Shown piece by piece: positions 38,088 to 48,674 of a stretch of DNA of 64,000 nt. Position 1 is the stretch's first letter. Each line of letters starts with the position of its first letter. The position numbers and the translations under genes are program-made. The stretch is from Flavisolibacter sp. (GTDB lineage: Bacteria > Bacteroidota > Bacteroidia > Chitinophagales > Chitinophagaceae): positions 466,195 to 530,194 of the forward strand of contig OZ252003.1 of the NCBI GenBank assembly GCA_965247165.1. The letters are read 5' to 3'. The notes under the pieces were generated by a model, which saw only the letters and a list, made by a program, of their open reading frames with translations, was not told the origin of the DNA and did no database searches.

Positions 38088-39365
38088 ATGAAAATAGCCA
38101 TTACAACAGTTGGAACGAGAGGCGATCTGCAGCCCTATATTGCACTTGGACTTGGTTTAAAAAGGTCAGGCCATGACGTTTTACTTGTTTCTGCAAAAAA
38201 TGAAGAATCGTTTGTAAGGGGCTACGGGCTTGCGTTTTATCCCCTTGATGTGGACATTCAAAAAATGATGGAAGGCGGCGAAGTAAAGGAAATGGCGAAG
38301 GGAAGCAATCCTTTAAAATTCATTGTCGGTCATTTAAAAAGTTCAAAATCGTTAAAGGCTTTAATGGTAACGACGCAGGCAGAAATTTGGAAGGCCTGCG
38401 AAACCGCTGACCTTATTATTTTCCATCCCGGAATGCCGCTGGGTTTTTTCCAGGCGAAAGAGCAAAATAAAAAAGCAATTTTAGCAACGCCGTTTCCTGT
38501 TGTTTCAACCAAAAAATACCCTTCTATCCTATTTTATTCTTTGCCAAAATTTGGCAGGTATTATAACCTGCTAACGCACTTTATTTTCGACAAAGTATTT
38601 TGGGCGTTAGCAAAGTCACCAATAAAAACGTTTTGGATTGACAAAATAAAAAGCAAAACCGACTTTAGTATTTCGCCATTACAGCAACAAATCAACAGCG
38701 GTCAATTAGTGTTGAATGGTTACAGCGAACTTTTATTTGAACACCCGAAAGATTGGCCGCATAATATACACACTACCGGAAGCTGGATAATAGAAACAGA
38801 ACCCGATTTTTTACCACCACAAGAACTTGAAAATTTTATAAATAATGGTAAACCGCCTGTCTATATTGGCTTTGGAAGTATGAAAGACATTGACAGTTTC
38901 AGTCAAACAGTTGCCCTGATTATTGATGCAGTACGAGTAACGAAACAAAGAGCGGTGGTAGGGCTTGGCTGGAATAAAAACGACTATAAAGAAAATTTAC
39001 CGGATAACCTATTCTTAGTTGAGAGTATTCCTCATACCTGGTTATTTCCTAAAATGAAAATGGTGATACATCATGGTGGCGCCGGAACTACGGCTACAGG
39101 ATTGAGAGCAGGAAAACCGACAATAATAATACCTCACAATGCCGACCAGCCTGCCTGGGGACAAAGAGTGTTTGAGTTGGGAGTTGGTTCAAAACCAATT
39201 AAAAAATCTAAGCTCACGGCCAATAAATTAGCGGAAGCAATTTTATATTGCCAGTCGCCCAACATTATAGCAAATGCTCAACGGCTTGGGCAAGAATTGA
39301 AAAATGAAAATGGTGTGCAAAAGGCGGTACAGCTAATTGATAGTTTCATCAAAGGAAAGTGGTAA
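38088..39365 (+). CDS. GT1 family UDP-glycosyltransferase (sterol-glucosyltransferase / GT28-N-like)
   Basis: GTRGDLQPYIALG, VYIGFGSM, IPHTWLFP..VIHHGGAGTT and ADQPAWG. Confidence 0.9.
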   Translation: MKIAITTVGTRGDLQPYIALGLGLKRSGHDVLLVSAKNEESFVRGYGLAFYPLDVDIQKMMEGGEVKEMAKGSNPLKFIVGHLKSSKSLKALMVTTQAEIWKACETADLIIFHPGMPLGFFQAKEQNKKAILATPFPVVSTKKYPSILFYSLPKFGRYYNLLTHFIFDKVFWALAKSPIKTFWIDKIKSKTDFSISPLQQQINSGQLVLNGYSELLFEHPKDWPHNIHTTGSWIIETEPDFLPPQELENFINNGKPPVYIGFGSMKDIDSFSQTVALIIDAVRVTKQRAVVGLGWNKNDYKENLPDNLFLVESIPHTWLFPKMKMVIHHGGAGTTATGLRAGKPTIIIPHNADQPAWGQRVFELGVGSKPIKKSKLTANKLAEAILYCQSPNIIANAQRLGQELKNENGVQKAVQLIDSFIKGKW

Positions 39366-39533
39366 CGGCTAATAAAGTTATTTTTGCAGTTTGAATGGCA
39401 GATAGTTAGCTTCAATATTAACCGGTGTCGGTTTGAGATTTACGAATTAAGCATCAACAACAATTTATTAGTTTTTAAGTTAGCAGTAAGGTTATGATCA
39501 ACCATTAAACAATGATTTAACCGACACATAAAA

Positions 39534-39893
39534 ATGGTTATGACAGCTCCATTCCAAGATGTAATTAAGAAAGCGTACGCCGCTTTTAACGAAAGAGACA
39601 TTGACAAGGCCCTTTCAACCATGCAACCAGATGTGCAGTGGTCAAAGGCATGGGAAGGAGGCTACATAAGCGGGCATGATGAAATAAAAAAATATTGGAC
39701 AAGGCAATGGACGGAAATAAACCCACACGTTGAACCGGTTGCTTTTATTGAGAGGCCGAATGGAAGTTTAGAAGTAACCGTTCATCAAAAGGTAGCAGAC
39801 CTGCAAGAGGCTTTATTATTTGATGGAATGGTAAAGCATATTTACGCCTTTGAGGATGGCTTGATTAAAACTATGGATATTGAATTGGTGTAG
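39534..39893 (+). CDS. SnoaL-like / NTF2 family protein
   Basis: AYAAFNERDID..DVQW..GHDEIKKYWTRQW. Confidence 0.82.
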   Translation: MVMTAPFQDVIKKAYAAFNERDIDKALSTMQPDVQWSKAWEGGYISGHDEIKKYWTRQWTEINPHVEPVAFIERPNGSLEVTVHQKVADLQEALLFDGMVKHIYAFEDGLIKTMDIELV

Positions 39894-40011
39894 AAACCCT
39901 GTCTTCTTGCAAACGACTCACTTCTATTTTTATACGATGAAGTCTGTTTATTAATTGTTTCTTTTAACCTGCTTATTCCCTACATTAGCTATATCATACC
40001 AAAACTTACGC

Positions 40012-40689
40012 ATGCTAAATATAACTGGCCGGAACAAGCTTACCCCAATTGTATTGTGTACTTCAATCGTTTTGTTCAGTAGTTGCCTCACCTCCGCCAA
40101 GATGGACAGGTTTGTGGCCGAACAATATGACGACCAGCTTCCAAAACAAGATAAAAAAAAGAACAATGATATCACTGTTTCCTCTCTCACATCTTCCCGG
40201 GTACAGGACATTTCTTTAACCACACCGCATACAAAAATTTTACCATTAGTGGTGGACTGGGTTATTGACTACAGACACACATGCACATTAAATTCGCAGA
40301 TTGCCACGACAAATTTTTCGAATGCTGTAAATGTGATGGCAAGCAAAGGGCTTAGCCAAAAACTTAATGGACAGAAGCTTGAGTTAACGGTAGAGCAGGT
40401 ACCAACAACGTTTGCACTGGTTGAAAAAACACATGTGGTTTTGGTGGTTCATTGGGATCGTATTTACATGCAACCCGATGCGAAAGACTTAGTTGTATCC
40501 TACAAAACATCGCAAAATGATAAGACTTTAAAGACAGGAAAGATTACAGTCAAAAATACGGAGACAAACAAAGGGCTACGTTTCTTTCAATCATGGAAAT
40601 CAGCTACATCCGAATATATTGCCGATTATAATTTAAACTTTTCCGCCATGACCAGAACCTTTGTAAACAAATTGATGGAAGAACTATAA
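40012..40689 (+). CDS. Hypothetical lipoprotein
   Basis: Lipobox VLFSSC after a hydrophobic stretch. Start moved to ATG 40012. Confidence 0.65.
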   Translation: MLNITGRNKLTPIVLCTSIVLFSSCLTSAKMDRFVAEQYDDQLPKQDKKKNNDITVSSLTSSRVQDISLTTPHTKILPLVVDWVIDYRHTCTLNSQIATTNFSNAVNVMASKGLSQKLNGQKLELTVEQVPTTFALVEKTHVVLVVHWDRIYMQPDAKDLVVSYKTSQNDKTLKTGKITVKNTETNKGLRFFQSWKSATSEYIADYNLNFSAMTRTFVNKLMEEL

Positions 40690-40775
40690 GTAATGTAATG
40701 CCAGATTAACCTACGCACGTAAAATGTAAAAACCAGACGACAAAAACATAAAATGATTATTTACAAAGCATTATT

Positions 40776-41525
40776 ATGAAGGAATTTGCTATTATAGCTT
40801 TCATTTGTTCAGCACTTACTGCTAAGGCGCAAAACATCACGAAATACTACGATAAAGATTGGCAACCAACGCTCGAAGAAAAGGCGGTTTACTTTGCCAC
40901 ATTTACGCCGGCAAGCCCTGGTTATGCAGTAGTATCTTATTACACTAATACAAAAGTAGTGCGGGGGATATCATCATATATGGACACCTCTTTTACTAAA
41001 CCGATCGGATTAGTAAGGCTATATGATAAAAAAGGGATGCTTGAAGATTCAAGTTTGTATGACCAGAAAAGTAACATAAAAGAAACCTTTCATTATTATC
41101 CAAACACAAAATTAGAATTACATTATATAGCTCCATCGGGGTCAGGCGCACAAACTATAGAGGCCTATGACGAAAATGGCGGTCGTATCAAAAACTACAT
41201 CTTTATGAAGGACGCTGAGCCGGCAGGAGGAATCAAGGGATGGCAAGGTTATTTAAAAAAGGCTGCCTCAAAAGAGTTATACAGTAAATCAGAACAAAAG
41301 GAGATGGTTCACCTTCAGGTACATTTTTTAGTTGATGAAAACGGGTATATCTCCAGGGTTAAAATCACTCAGTCTTCCGGGAATATGGGTGCAGATGATG
41401 ACGCCTTAAGTATTATATCATCGGCTCCACGGTGGTCTCCATTAATCATGTACAATAAGCCGGTAAAAAGTTATCAAACTCAGCCTATTAGTTATGAGTT
41501 GTTACCTGTAGTTAAGAAAAAATAA
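40776..41525 (+). CDS. Exported protein with TonB C-terminal-like domain
   Basis: Signal peptide, AEPAGGIKGWQGYL, VHFLVDENG..SSG..DDDALSII. Confidence 0.75.
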   Translation: MKEFAIIAFICSALTAKAQNITKYYDKDWQPTLEEKAVYFATFTPASPGYAVVSYYTNTKVVRGISSYMDTSFTKPIGLVRLYDKKGMLEDSSLYDQKSNIKETFHYYPNTKLELHYIAPSGSGAQTIEAYDENGGRIKNYIFMKDAEPAGGIKGWQGYLKKAASKELYSKSEQKEMVHLQVHFLVDENGYISRVKITQSSGNMGADDDALSIISSAPRWSPLIMYNKPVKSYQTQPISYELLPVVKKK

Positions 41526-41672
41526 GTCATTTTCTCTTCTTGATTCAGCAGCGGTAAAATGGAGTAAAAAATAGCAGCGGCAGGATTCACAGGCCTATTA
41601 TCAACCGATGCATGCCGTAAAGAGACTCTTTAAATTCCAGATGTTGTATCCATATACATGTAAAAAAGCTGT

Positions 41673-43955
41673 TCACTCAAACTTCTTCTTCAACTCCATC
41701 AATCCCTTTTGAAATGAATTTAATGGTGAACTATCTTTTATCGCTTGCTTCTTTTCCAGCTTCATTATTTTTTGTTCAGGTTTAGGAGATGGCGAGGCAG
41801 GCCTTGCCCCCGGCTTCGCTCCCACAGCGGTTTTCATGGTTAAGGCAATCCGCTTTCTGCTCACATCAACTTCTGTAACGGTAACCATCACTTTTTGATT
41901 CAGCTTCACTACTTCCTTTGGGTCGGAAACAAATTGGTTGCTTAGTTGCGACACATGCACCAGCCCATCCTGCTTCACACCAATATCTACAAAAGCGCCA
42001 AAGGCCGTGATGTTCGTGACGATGCCCGGCACTGTCATGCCCACCTTTATATCCTCAATAGATTTTATGCTGGCGTCAAAACTAAATTCTTCAATGGGCG
42101 CTCTTGGGTCGCGGCCGGGCTTTTCAAGCTCCAGCAAAATATCATCAATGGTAAACCCGCCGATGGTTTCGTTGATGTAGGCTTTCTTGTTGATGCGCTT
42201 TCTTAGTTCATTATTCTTAACCAGATCTTCCAATGAAGCTTGTACATCTTTCGCCATTTGTGCCACCAGCGCATAACGTTCGGGGTGTACCGATGAGGCG
42301 TCCAATACATTTTTCGCATTATTGATGCGTAAAAAACCGGCGCATTGCTCAAAAGCTTTTGGTCCCATCAGCGCTACTTTTTTCAATTCTTCCCGAGAGG
42401 TAAAGGCGCCCTTGATAATCCGGTATTGCACGATGTTATTAGCCAGCGTTGCACTAACGCCGGATACATATTGCAGCAAATGTTTGGAGGCGGTATTTAC
42501 ATCAACACCAACAAAATTTACAGCACTCTCCACTACTCTATCCAACGCCGTTTTTAATTTTGTTTGGTTCACATCATGCTGGTATTGCCCTACGCCAATT
42601 GACTTTGGATCAATTTTTACCAGCTCGCTTAACGGGTCAAGCAACCGCCGTCCGATACTGATAGCGCCACGCACCGTTACATCCTGATCGGGAAATTCTT
42701 CCCTCGCCACATCGGAGGCGGAGTATATGGAAGCGCCGGATTCATTAACCTGGAAAATGCTGACCGGCTTATCAAAATCAATGCTCCGTACTAAATTTTC
42801 CGTTTCCCGACCGGCGGTTCCGCTGCCGATACCAATGGCTTCAATTTCGTATTTGGTAACAAGATGCTTTATCTCTGCCATGCTTTCCTGCCAACTGTTT
42901 TGCGGCGGATGCGGATAGATGGTAGTGTTGTAAATAAAGCTTCCCTGCGCATCTAAGCAAACCACTTTGCAACCGGTTCTATAGCCTGGGTCAAGCGCTA
43001 AAATTTTTTTAGAACCTAAAGGCGAGGCTAACAATAACTGGCGCAGATTTTCAGTGAAGACGCCGATAGCTTCCTCATCGGCTTTTGTTTTACTAAGCAG
43101 ACGGGCTTCGTTTTCAATGGAAGGTTTTAGTAACCGGTTATACGAATCGTCAATAGCCTTTGCCATTTCGGTTGCCGCAGCGCCGGATGATTTGATAAAG
43201 AGGCGCTCTAATTCGCCAATCGCAATGGTTTTATCAATGTAGATGTCCACTAAAAGAAAGCCTTCTTTCTCGCCCCTGCGTATCGCCAAAATCCGATGCG
43301 ATGGGCTTTTAGATAACGGCTCTGCGTACCCGAAATAATCGCGGTACTTCTGGGCTTCCTCTTCGTCTTTTTTTGCTGTTGCGACTTTGGAAGAAATGGT
43401 TGCTGTATCCGCAAACAATTGACGCATTTTTGCCCTTGCTTCTTCCTGCTCGCTAATCCACTCCGCCATAATATCCCTGGCTCCCTGCAAAGCTTCCTTT
43501 GTGTCTTTTACATCAGCCGTAATATACTTAGTTGCTTCCTCTTCTACGTTAGTGGAGGCTTGGCTGAACAACAACCTGGCTAACGGTTCCAAGCCTTTTT
43601 CAATAGCTTGAAGAGCCCTTGTTTTGCGTTTGGGTTTGTACGGCAAATAAATATCTTCCAACTCGGTTGCACTAAAACATTGATCAATTTTAATCCTTAA
43701 TTCAGGGGTTAGTTTTCCCAGGTCTTCAATGGTTTTGAGCACCGTGGTTTTGCGCTTATCAAGATCGGTGAAACAGGCAATCTCTTCTACCACATTACCA
43801 ATTACTACCTCATCCAAATTACCGGTTGCTTCCTTTCGGTAACGGGCCATAAACGGAATGGTGGCCCCCTCCGCCTGAAGGTTATCAATGCTAATCACCT
43901 GCCTGGTGGTAATGCCTAATTTCTCCGCGATTTTCTGTATGTATTTAGCTTCCAT
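41673..43955 (-). CDS. tex: Tex-family RNA-binding transcriptional accessory protein
   Basis: TIPFMARYRKEATG, ALDPGYRTGCK, VNESGASIYSAS, IDPKSIGVGQYQHD and S1 domain FVDIGVKQDGLVHVS. Start ATG 43955. Confidence 0.95.
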   Translation of the reverse strand: MEAKYIQKIAEKLGITTRQVISIDNLQAEGATIPFMARYRKEATGNLDEVVIGNVVEEIACFTDLDKRKTTVLKTIEDLGKLTPELRIKIDQCFSATELEDIYLPYKPKRKTRALQAIEKGLEPLARLLFSQASTNVEEEATKYITADVKDTKEALQGARDIMAEWISEQEEARAKMRQLFADTATISSKVATAKKDEEEAQKYRDYFGYAEPLSKSPSHRILAIRRGEKEGFLLVDIYIDKTIAIGELERLFIKSSGAAATEMAKAIDDSYNRLLKPSIENEARLLSKTKADEEAIGVFTENLRQLLLASPLGSKKILALDPGYRTGCKVVCLDAQGSFIYNTTIYPHPPQNSWQESMAEIKHLVTKYEIEAIGIGSGTAGRETENLVRSIDFDKPVSIFQVNESGASIYSASDVAREEFPDQDVTVRGAISIGRRLLDPLSELVKIDPKSIGVGQYQHDVNQTKLKTALDRVVESAVNFVGVDVNTASKHLLQYVSGVSATLANNIVQYRIIKGAFTSREELKKVALMGPKAFEQCAGFLRINNAKNVLDASSVHPERYALVAQMAKDVQASLEDLVKNNELRKRINKKAYINETIGGFTIDDILLELEKPGRDPRAPIEEFSFDASIKSIEDIKVGMTVPGIVTNITAFGAFVDIGVKQDGLVHVSQLSNQFVSDPKEVVKLNQKVMVTVTEVDVSRKRIALTMKTAVGAKPGARPASPSPKPEQKIMKLEKKQAIKDSSPLNSFQKGLMELKKKFE

Positions 43956-44100
43956 GATGATAATCTTACACTGGTTTTTCGGCTGGCGAATGTAGAACTC
44001 TGCCCCGATAGTAAAGCAGGAATTAGCTGGATTCATCGTACTTTTTATACCATCAATAATCTTATTAACTTGAAATTTTACAATGCCATCACCAAAACAA

Positions 44101-44130
44101 AAAGCCTTGCAGGTGCAAGGCTTTACTACT
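44101..44130. terminator. Hairpin downstream of lolA (REP-like, same geometry as 12499-12528)
   Basis: AAAGCCTTGCA-GG-TGCAAGGCTTT-ACTACT. Confidence 0.7.
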
Positions 44131-44146
44131 ATTTTTTTTACCCGGC

Positions 44147-44812
44147 TTAGCGAAGGTCCACCACTTCTACACCGGGGTATTTGGCTTTATTAAAAATAAA
44201 ATCAGCATCGCCGGCTGTGGTCGTGCTTTTCAGGCTATTAACAATATAGCTGTATCGGCCACCCGACTTTTCTAAAAATCTTGCACTGGATATAATGTTA
44301 GCGGTTTTATCTACCAGCACATATACTTTGTAATAAGGCCGGGTTTTATCTGTTGGTGTTAATTCAATTTCCACCAGGTTTTTTCCACCTTCTTTTTTGG
44401 CGCCATTCATTTTGTAAAAAAAATCCTTGTCGTAAAAATTGGTGAATATCTTTTGCGGCGTCATAGCGGCGCCACCTTCCGTCACATTATTAACGGTTAC
44501 TTCATTCGACGATTTATCATAGTTCCAAATGGTCTTTCCATCAGAATAAATTTCCAATCCATCCATGGAAACTTTAAACTTAGTTCCCTTCATAACTACC
44601 GAGCCTTTTTTAGTGGAGAGAGCCTTTCCTTGTGCATTTTCAACCTGGTAGGTAAAGGTGGCCTGCGGCGATGCGTACGTTTTAAAACGGGCACTAACGG
44701 CATCCAAAAGTTTCTTGGCTTCCGGATCATTTTGAGTGGGGTTCTTATTAGTTTGAGCAGAAGCAAAAATCGTTAACAAAGCAAGCGTTAAAAGCGCACC
44801 GAATCTTTTCAT
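44147..44812 (-). CDS. lolA: Outer-membrane lipoprotein carrier LolA-like
   Basis: Signal peptide, IYSDGKTIWNYD..NEVTV, and position directly downstream of ftsK. Start ATG 44812. Confidence 0.82.
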   Translation of the reverse strand: MKRFGALLTLALLTIFASAQTNKNPTQNDPEAKKLLDAVSARFKTYASPQATFTYQVENAQGKALSTKKGSVVMKGTKFKVSMDGLEIYSDGKTIWNYDKSSNEVTVNNVTEGGAAMTPQKIFTNFYDKDFFYKMNGAKKEGGKNLVEIELTPTDKTRPYYKVYVLVDKTANIISSARFLEKSGGRYSYIVNSLKSTTTAGDADFIFNKAKYPGVEVVDLR

Positions 44813-44917
44813 AAGTAAACTTTTTAGTGTAAAAAACCGCGGCAAAGATAGCCGGTTGGCTGCACTGAGAAGGGATTTGAGGCACTTCGCTTAATCGGCC
44901 GATCTATATCTTAACAC

Positions 44918-47599
44918 TTAGGTTAACGTCTCGAAAAATTCAAGTAGTTCCGATTCAGTTTTAATGAGTACTTCTCTTGCTTTACTACCCTGGTTGGCGC
45001 CTACTACACCGGCCGCTTCCAACTGGTCCATCAGGCGTCCGGCCCGGTTATAACCCAGCTTCATCCGTCGTTGTATAAGTGAAGTAGAGCCTACCTGATT
45101 TTGTACGATCAACCTTGCGGCGTCCTCAAACAATGGGTCTTTATCGGATGCGTCAAAGTCCTTTCCTTCCAGCTCTTTTTCATCTACGTATTCCGGTAGT
45201 AAAAACGGTTGTGGATAGCCTCTTTGGTCGGAGATAAAGTCAACGATTTTTTCCACTTCCGGCGTATCTACAAAAGCGCATTGCAAGCGGGTAATCTCGC
45301 CATTATAGGAGATCAGCATGTCGCCTTTACCAATCAATTGTTCCGCACCACCGGCATCCAATATGGTACGCGAATCTATTTTGCTGGAGACCTTGAAAGC
45401 AATACGGGCCGGGAAGTTGGCTTTAATAGTACCGGTAATAATGTTCACCGACGGACGTTGCGTGGCAATGATCAGATGAATGCCAATGGCACGGGCTAAT
45501 TGCGCCAGTCGGGCAATGGGCATTTCCACTTCTTTGCCGGCCGTCATAATCAGGTCGGCAAATTCATCTACCACCAATACAATAAATGGAAGGTACTGAT
45601 GCCCTTTCTGCGGATTGAGTCTTCGCCTGGTAAACTTTTCATTGTACTCTTTGATGTTGCGGGCGCCAGCTTCTTTCAACAAGTCATAGCGGTTATCCAT
45701 CTCAATACATAGGGCATTGAGGGTATTGATTACTTTTTTGGTATCGGTAATGATCGCATCTTCTTCACCGGGAAGCTTAGCTAAAAAATGATTTTCAATA
45801 TGACGATATACACTTAACTCCACCTTCTTGGGATCAATCAATACAAACTTTAATTGCGAAGGATGCTTCTTGTAGAGCAGGGAAACCAGTACGGCATTTA
45901 GTCCGACCGATTTACCCTGGCCGGTTGCTCCTGCCATCAACAAATGTGGCATAGAGGCTAAGTCAACGATGAAGTTTTCATTGTCAATGCGCTTACCAAT
46001 GGCAATAGGCAAGCTATGTGAATTGTTGATGAATTTTTCTGATTGTAGAAGGGTCTTCATGCTCACAATAGACTTCTTTACATTGGGTACTTCTATACCG
46101 ATAGTGCCTTTACCGGGAATAGGTGCAATGATGCGAATGCCAAGCGCAGCAAGGCTTAGCGCAATATCATCTTCGAGGTTTTTGATGCGGGAGATGCGTA
46201 CGCCGGGGGCGGGAACAATTTCGTAAAGCGTAACAGTAGGACCTACCGTAGCGCTGATTTTTGAGATGGTGATGTCGTAATTTTTCAGCGTGTTGATGAT
46301 CTGGTTTTTGTTGGCTTCCAGCTCCGCCGGGTCTTGTACTATTTTTTCACTGCCATGGGTTTCCAACAGGTCAATGGTGGGATACTTGTAATCACGAAGG
46401 TCAAGAGCCGGATCATAAGGCGGTAAGTCGGCATACCCTTTTTGAGCCACTTCTTTCTCCTCTTCCAAACCAGCTTCCTTTTGCTTGATCTCTAATTGCA
46501 GGTCCGGTTCATCTTGCCGGCGCCTCCCTGGCTTTGGCTCTTCTACCGGCAACTCTTCCCGTTCTTCTTTGGTGATCACGTCTTCTTCCTGATGCAAAAT
46601 CTCTTTCGAAATTTCTGTTGCAATTATATCATCTGCCGAAATCTCATCAATTAATTCATCTCTCTCAACCACCGTGAAGCCGTGGTCTTTTTCATCGGCT
46701 CCTTTATTAATGTTGAGTACCAATGCCCCATCGCCATTGATGGTATTTGAATTGGCCGGCAAGTCGTCCAACTCATCGCGATGGGCATATAAATCGTTCA
46801 GTGTTGTTTGCTTTTTATGAATGGGAATAACCGGTGTTTGTTGACTCTCCTCTTCCTCGTCAGTTTCACTTAAAATAGCGCCGGCTTCTTTAACAGCCGC
46901 AGTTGCCAAAAAATGAAAGTTGGGATTGAATTGCCAAATCAGATACGATACACCAACGACTAATAACAAACAGGCAGTTCCAACCGACCCTAAAAAATCC
47001 TTCAACCACGAAGCAATCATGTCGCCTACGTTACCGCCAAATGGAAAGCCCGGTGATGAAAAAAGAAATGACAGCGTTACCGATGCAATGATCAAACCAA
47101 CGGTGATATAACGAAGGTTGCGCCAGATAGAAAATACTTTTTTGGCCGTAACCAAATTGATACCGACAACAAAAAAGAAGCAGCAGAATAAAAAAGAGGC
47201 CAGGCCAAACCCCTGGCGAATTAAGCCATGCGAAAAATAAGCGCCCAGGCGGCCTAAAAGATTGGCCACTTTTACATCGCTGTCAAATAAAAAGGAGAAG
47301 CCTTTATTTAGAATTTGCGATTGGTCTATCTTCCAGGTAGAGAAATAAGAGACAAAGGAGATGAATAAAAATACTGCCATTAACAACGATACAGTGCCAA
47401 TGATCTTCTTGGTACGTTCGTCCTTAGCCAGCTTTTTAAAATCTATTTTTTCTTCCTTTTCTTTCTTGAATTTGGCGGGAGGAGCCACCTTGGTTTCAGC
47501 TTTAGCAGGTACTGCTTTTGCCTTAGGTTTTATTGTTACCTTCTTCTTAGGTTTGTCTGCCACTTCAGGAATATTGGATTTTTTCAGCTCGTTAGCCAT
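44918..47599 (-). CDS. ftsK: DNA translocase FtsK
   Basis: 4TM N-domain, PHLLMAGATGQGKS, VVDEFADL, ATQRPS, GAEQLIGKGDML and gamma domain GYNRAGRLMD. Confidence 0.97.
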   Translation of the reverse strand: MANELKKSNIPEVADKPKKKVTIKPKAKAVPAKAETKVAPPAKFKKEKEEKIDFKKLAKDERTKKIIGTVSLLMAVFLFISFVSYFSTWKIDQSQILNKGFSFLFDSDVKVANLLGRLGAYFSHGLIRQGFGLASFLFCCFFFVVGINLVTAKKVFSIWRNLRYITVGLIIASVTLSFLFSSPGFPFGGNVGDMIASWLKDFLGSVGTACLLLVVGVSYLIWQFNPNFHFLATAAVKEAGAILSETDEEEESQQTPVIPIHKKQTTLNDLYAHRDELDDLPANSNTINGDGALVLNINKGADEKDHGFTVVERDELIDEISADDIIATEISKEILHQEEDVITKEEREELPVEEPKPGRRRQDEPDLQLEIKQKEAGLEEEKEVAQKGYADLPPYDPALDLRDYKYPTIDLLETHGSEKIVQDPAELEANKNQIINTLKNYDITISKISATVGPTVTLYEIVPAPGVRISRIKNLEDDIALSLAALGIRIIAPIPGKGTIGIEVPNVKKSIVSMKTLLQSEKFINNSHSLPIAIGKRIDNENFIVDLASMPHLLMAGATGQGKSVGLNAVLVSLLYKKHPSQLKFVLIDPKKVELSVYRHIENHFLAKLPGEEDAIITDTKKVINTLNALCIEMDNRYDLLKEAGARNIKEYNEKFTRRRLNPQKGHQYLPFIVLVVDEFADLIMTAGKEVEMPIARLAQLARAIGIHLIIATQRPSVNIITGTIKANFPARIAFKVSSKIDSRTILDAGGAEQLIGKGDMLISYNGEITRLQCAFVDTPEVEKIVDFISDQRGYPQPFLLPEYVDEKELEGKDFDASDKDPLFEDAARLIVQNQVGSTSLIQRRMKLGYNRAGRLMDQLEAAGVVGANQGSKAREVLIKTESELLEFFETLT

Positions 47600-47666
47600 A
47601 GGCCCAAAGATAAGATTCCGCTTTCTGAAAATGAGGACAGCAGCGAATTTTCGGCGAAAAGCGTTC

Positions 47667-48053
47667 TTATTTCTTTAAAACAGCAACCAGCAGGCAGGCC
47701 CAACCGAGTATGAAAAGCAAGCCACCAATGGGAGTTAAAATACCAACAACGGCAGGCACCGTTTTATTCATGGAGTAGAGTGACACGATGAGGTAAAGCG
47801 AACCCGAAAAAAGAATAATACCGGTGATGAAAAGCCCGCCGGCATACGACAGAAAATTGCTGTAAACTCTTTCTGATAAGATGCCGACAAGGATCAATGC
47901 CAGGGCATGATACATTTGATATTGTACGCCGGTTTGGTAAATGGCCACGTTCTCCGGCGATACGACTTTTTTTAAACCATGTGCCCCAAAAGCGCCAAGT
48001 GCCACGGCCAGCCCGCTAAGTAAAATACCAATAACCAAATATATTTTTTGCAT
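47667..48053 (-). CDS. DUF423 membrane protein
   Basis: LGAFGAHGL, QYQMYHA, FSGSLY and TPIGG. Confidence 0.9.
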   Translation of the reverse strand: MQKIYLVIGILLSGLAVALGAFGAHGLKKVVSPENVAIYQTGVQYQMYHALALILVGILSERVYSNFLSYAGGLFITGIILFSGSLYLIVSLYSMNKTVPAVVGILTPIGGLLFILGWACLLVAVLKK

Positions 48054-48061
48054 GATCAGTT

Positions 48062-48568
48062 TTAAGCGTGAAAGGTTTTTTCGATGAGTTTATCCAGCGT
48101 CACTTCTTCATCGCCGAAAATAACGGCGGCTTGCTGATAAAAAATTTTGCGGTCCGAATATTTTTTTATGATGAAGGATTTGAGTTCATTGTCGGGAATG
48201 TTTTTAATGAGCGGACGTTGTGTTTTTTCTTTTATCAATCTTTCATGAAGGCGATCAATAGAACAATTTATCCAAACGGTGGTGCCCTTACGCTTCATGT
48301 AATCTATATTATTAAAAAAGCAGGGAGTGCCGCCGCCACAGGCCATTACAAAGCTTTCATGGCTTTCTGTAATCAGGTATAGCACATCTTTTTCCAACAT
48401 CCGGAAATACTCCTCGCCCATCTCGGCAAAAATTTCCGTGATGGTTTTTTCTTCGCGTTCTTCAATCAGGGCGTCCAGGTCAAAAAAAGGCATTCCCAAC
48501 TTCTTACTTAGCTTTTTGCCCCAGTGGGTCTTACCACATCCCATGAAGCCGATCATGAATACTTTCAT
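48062..48568 (-). CDS. aroK: Shikimate kinase
   Basis: IGFMGCGKT, FDLD, GEEYFR, ACGGGTPC and RPL. Confidence 0.94.
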   Translation of the reverse strand: MKVFMIGFMGCGKTHWGKKLSKKLGMPFFDLDALIEEREEKTITEIFAEMGEEYFRMLEKDVLYLITESHESFVMACGGGTPCFFNNIDYMKRKGTTVWINCSIDRLHERLIKEKTQRPLIKNIPDNELKSFIIKKYSDRKIFYQQAAVIFGDEEVTLDKLIEKTFHA

Positions 48569-48607
48569 ACGCCGCTTTCTTAATAGTTAGGTCTCTTTGC
48601 CATTTAA

Positions 48608-48670
48608 GTTGGCAGTACACAGTTTGCAGTTAGCAATAACGATGCAAATTGGGAACAGCAAACTGTCAAC
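48608..48670. repeat. Inverted pair of 7-bp arrays
   Basis: GTTGGCA GTACACA GTTTGCA GTTAGCA (48608-48635) versus AGCAAAC TGTCAAC (48657-48670). Confidence 0.65.
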
Positions 48671-48674
48671 TTTT

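Noticed and set aside
39366-39411. attC-like site (GGCTAAT...GTTAGC) after the GT1 gene
   Set aside because: It is too short, the inverse core is imperfect, internal pairing is weak and no integron integrase is present
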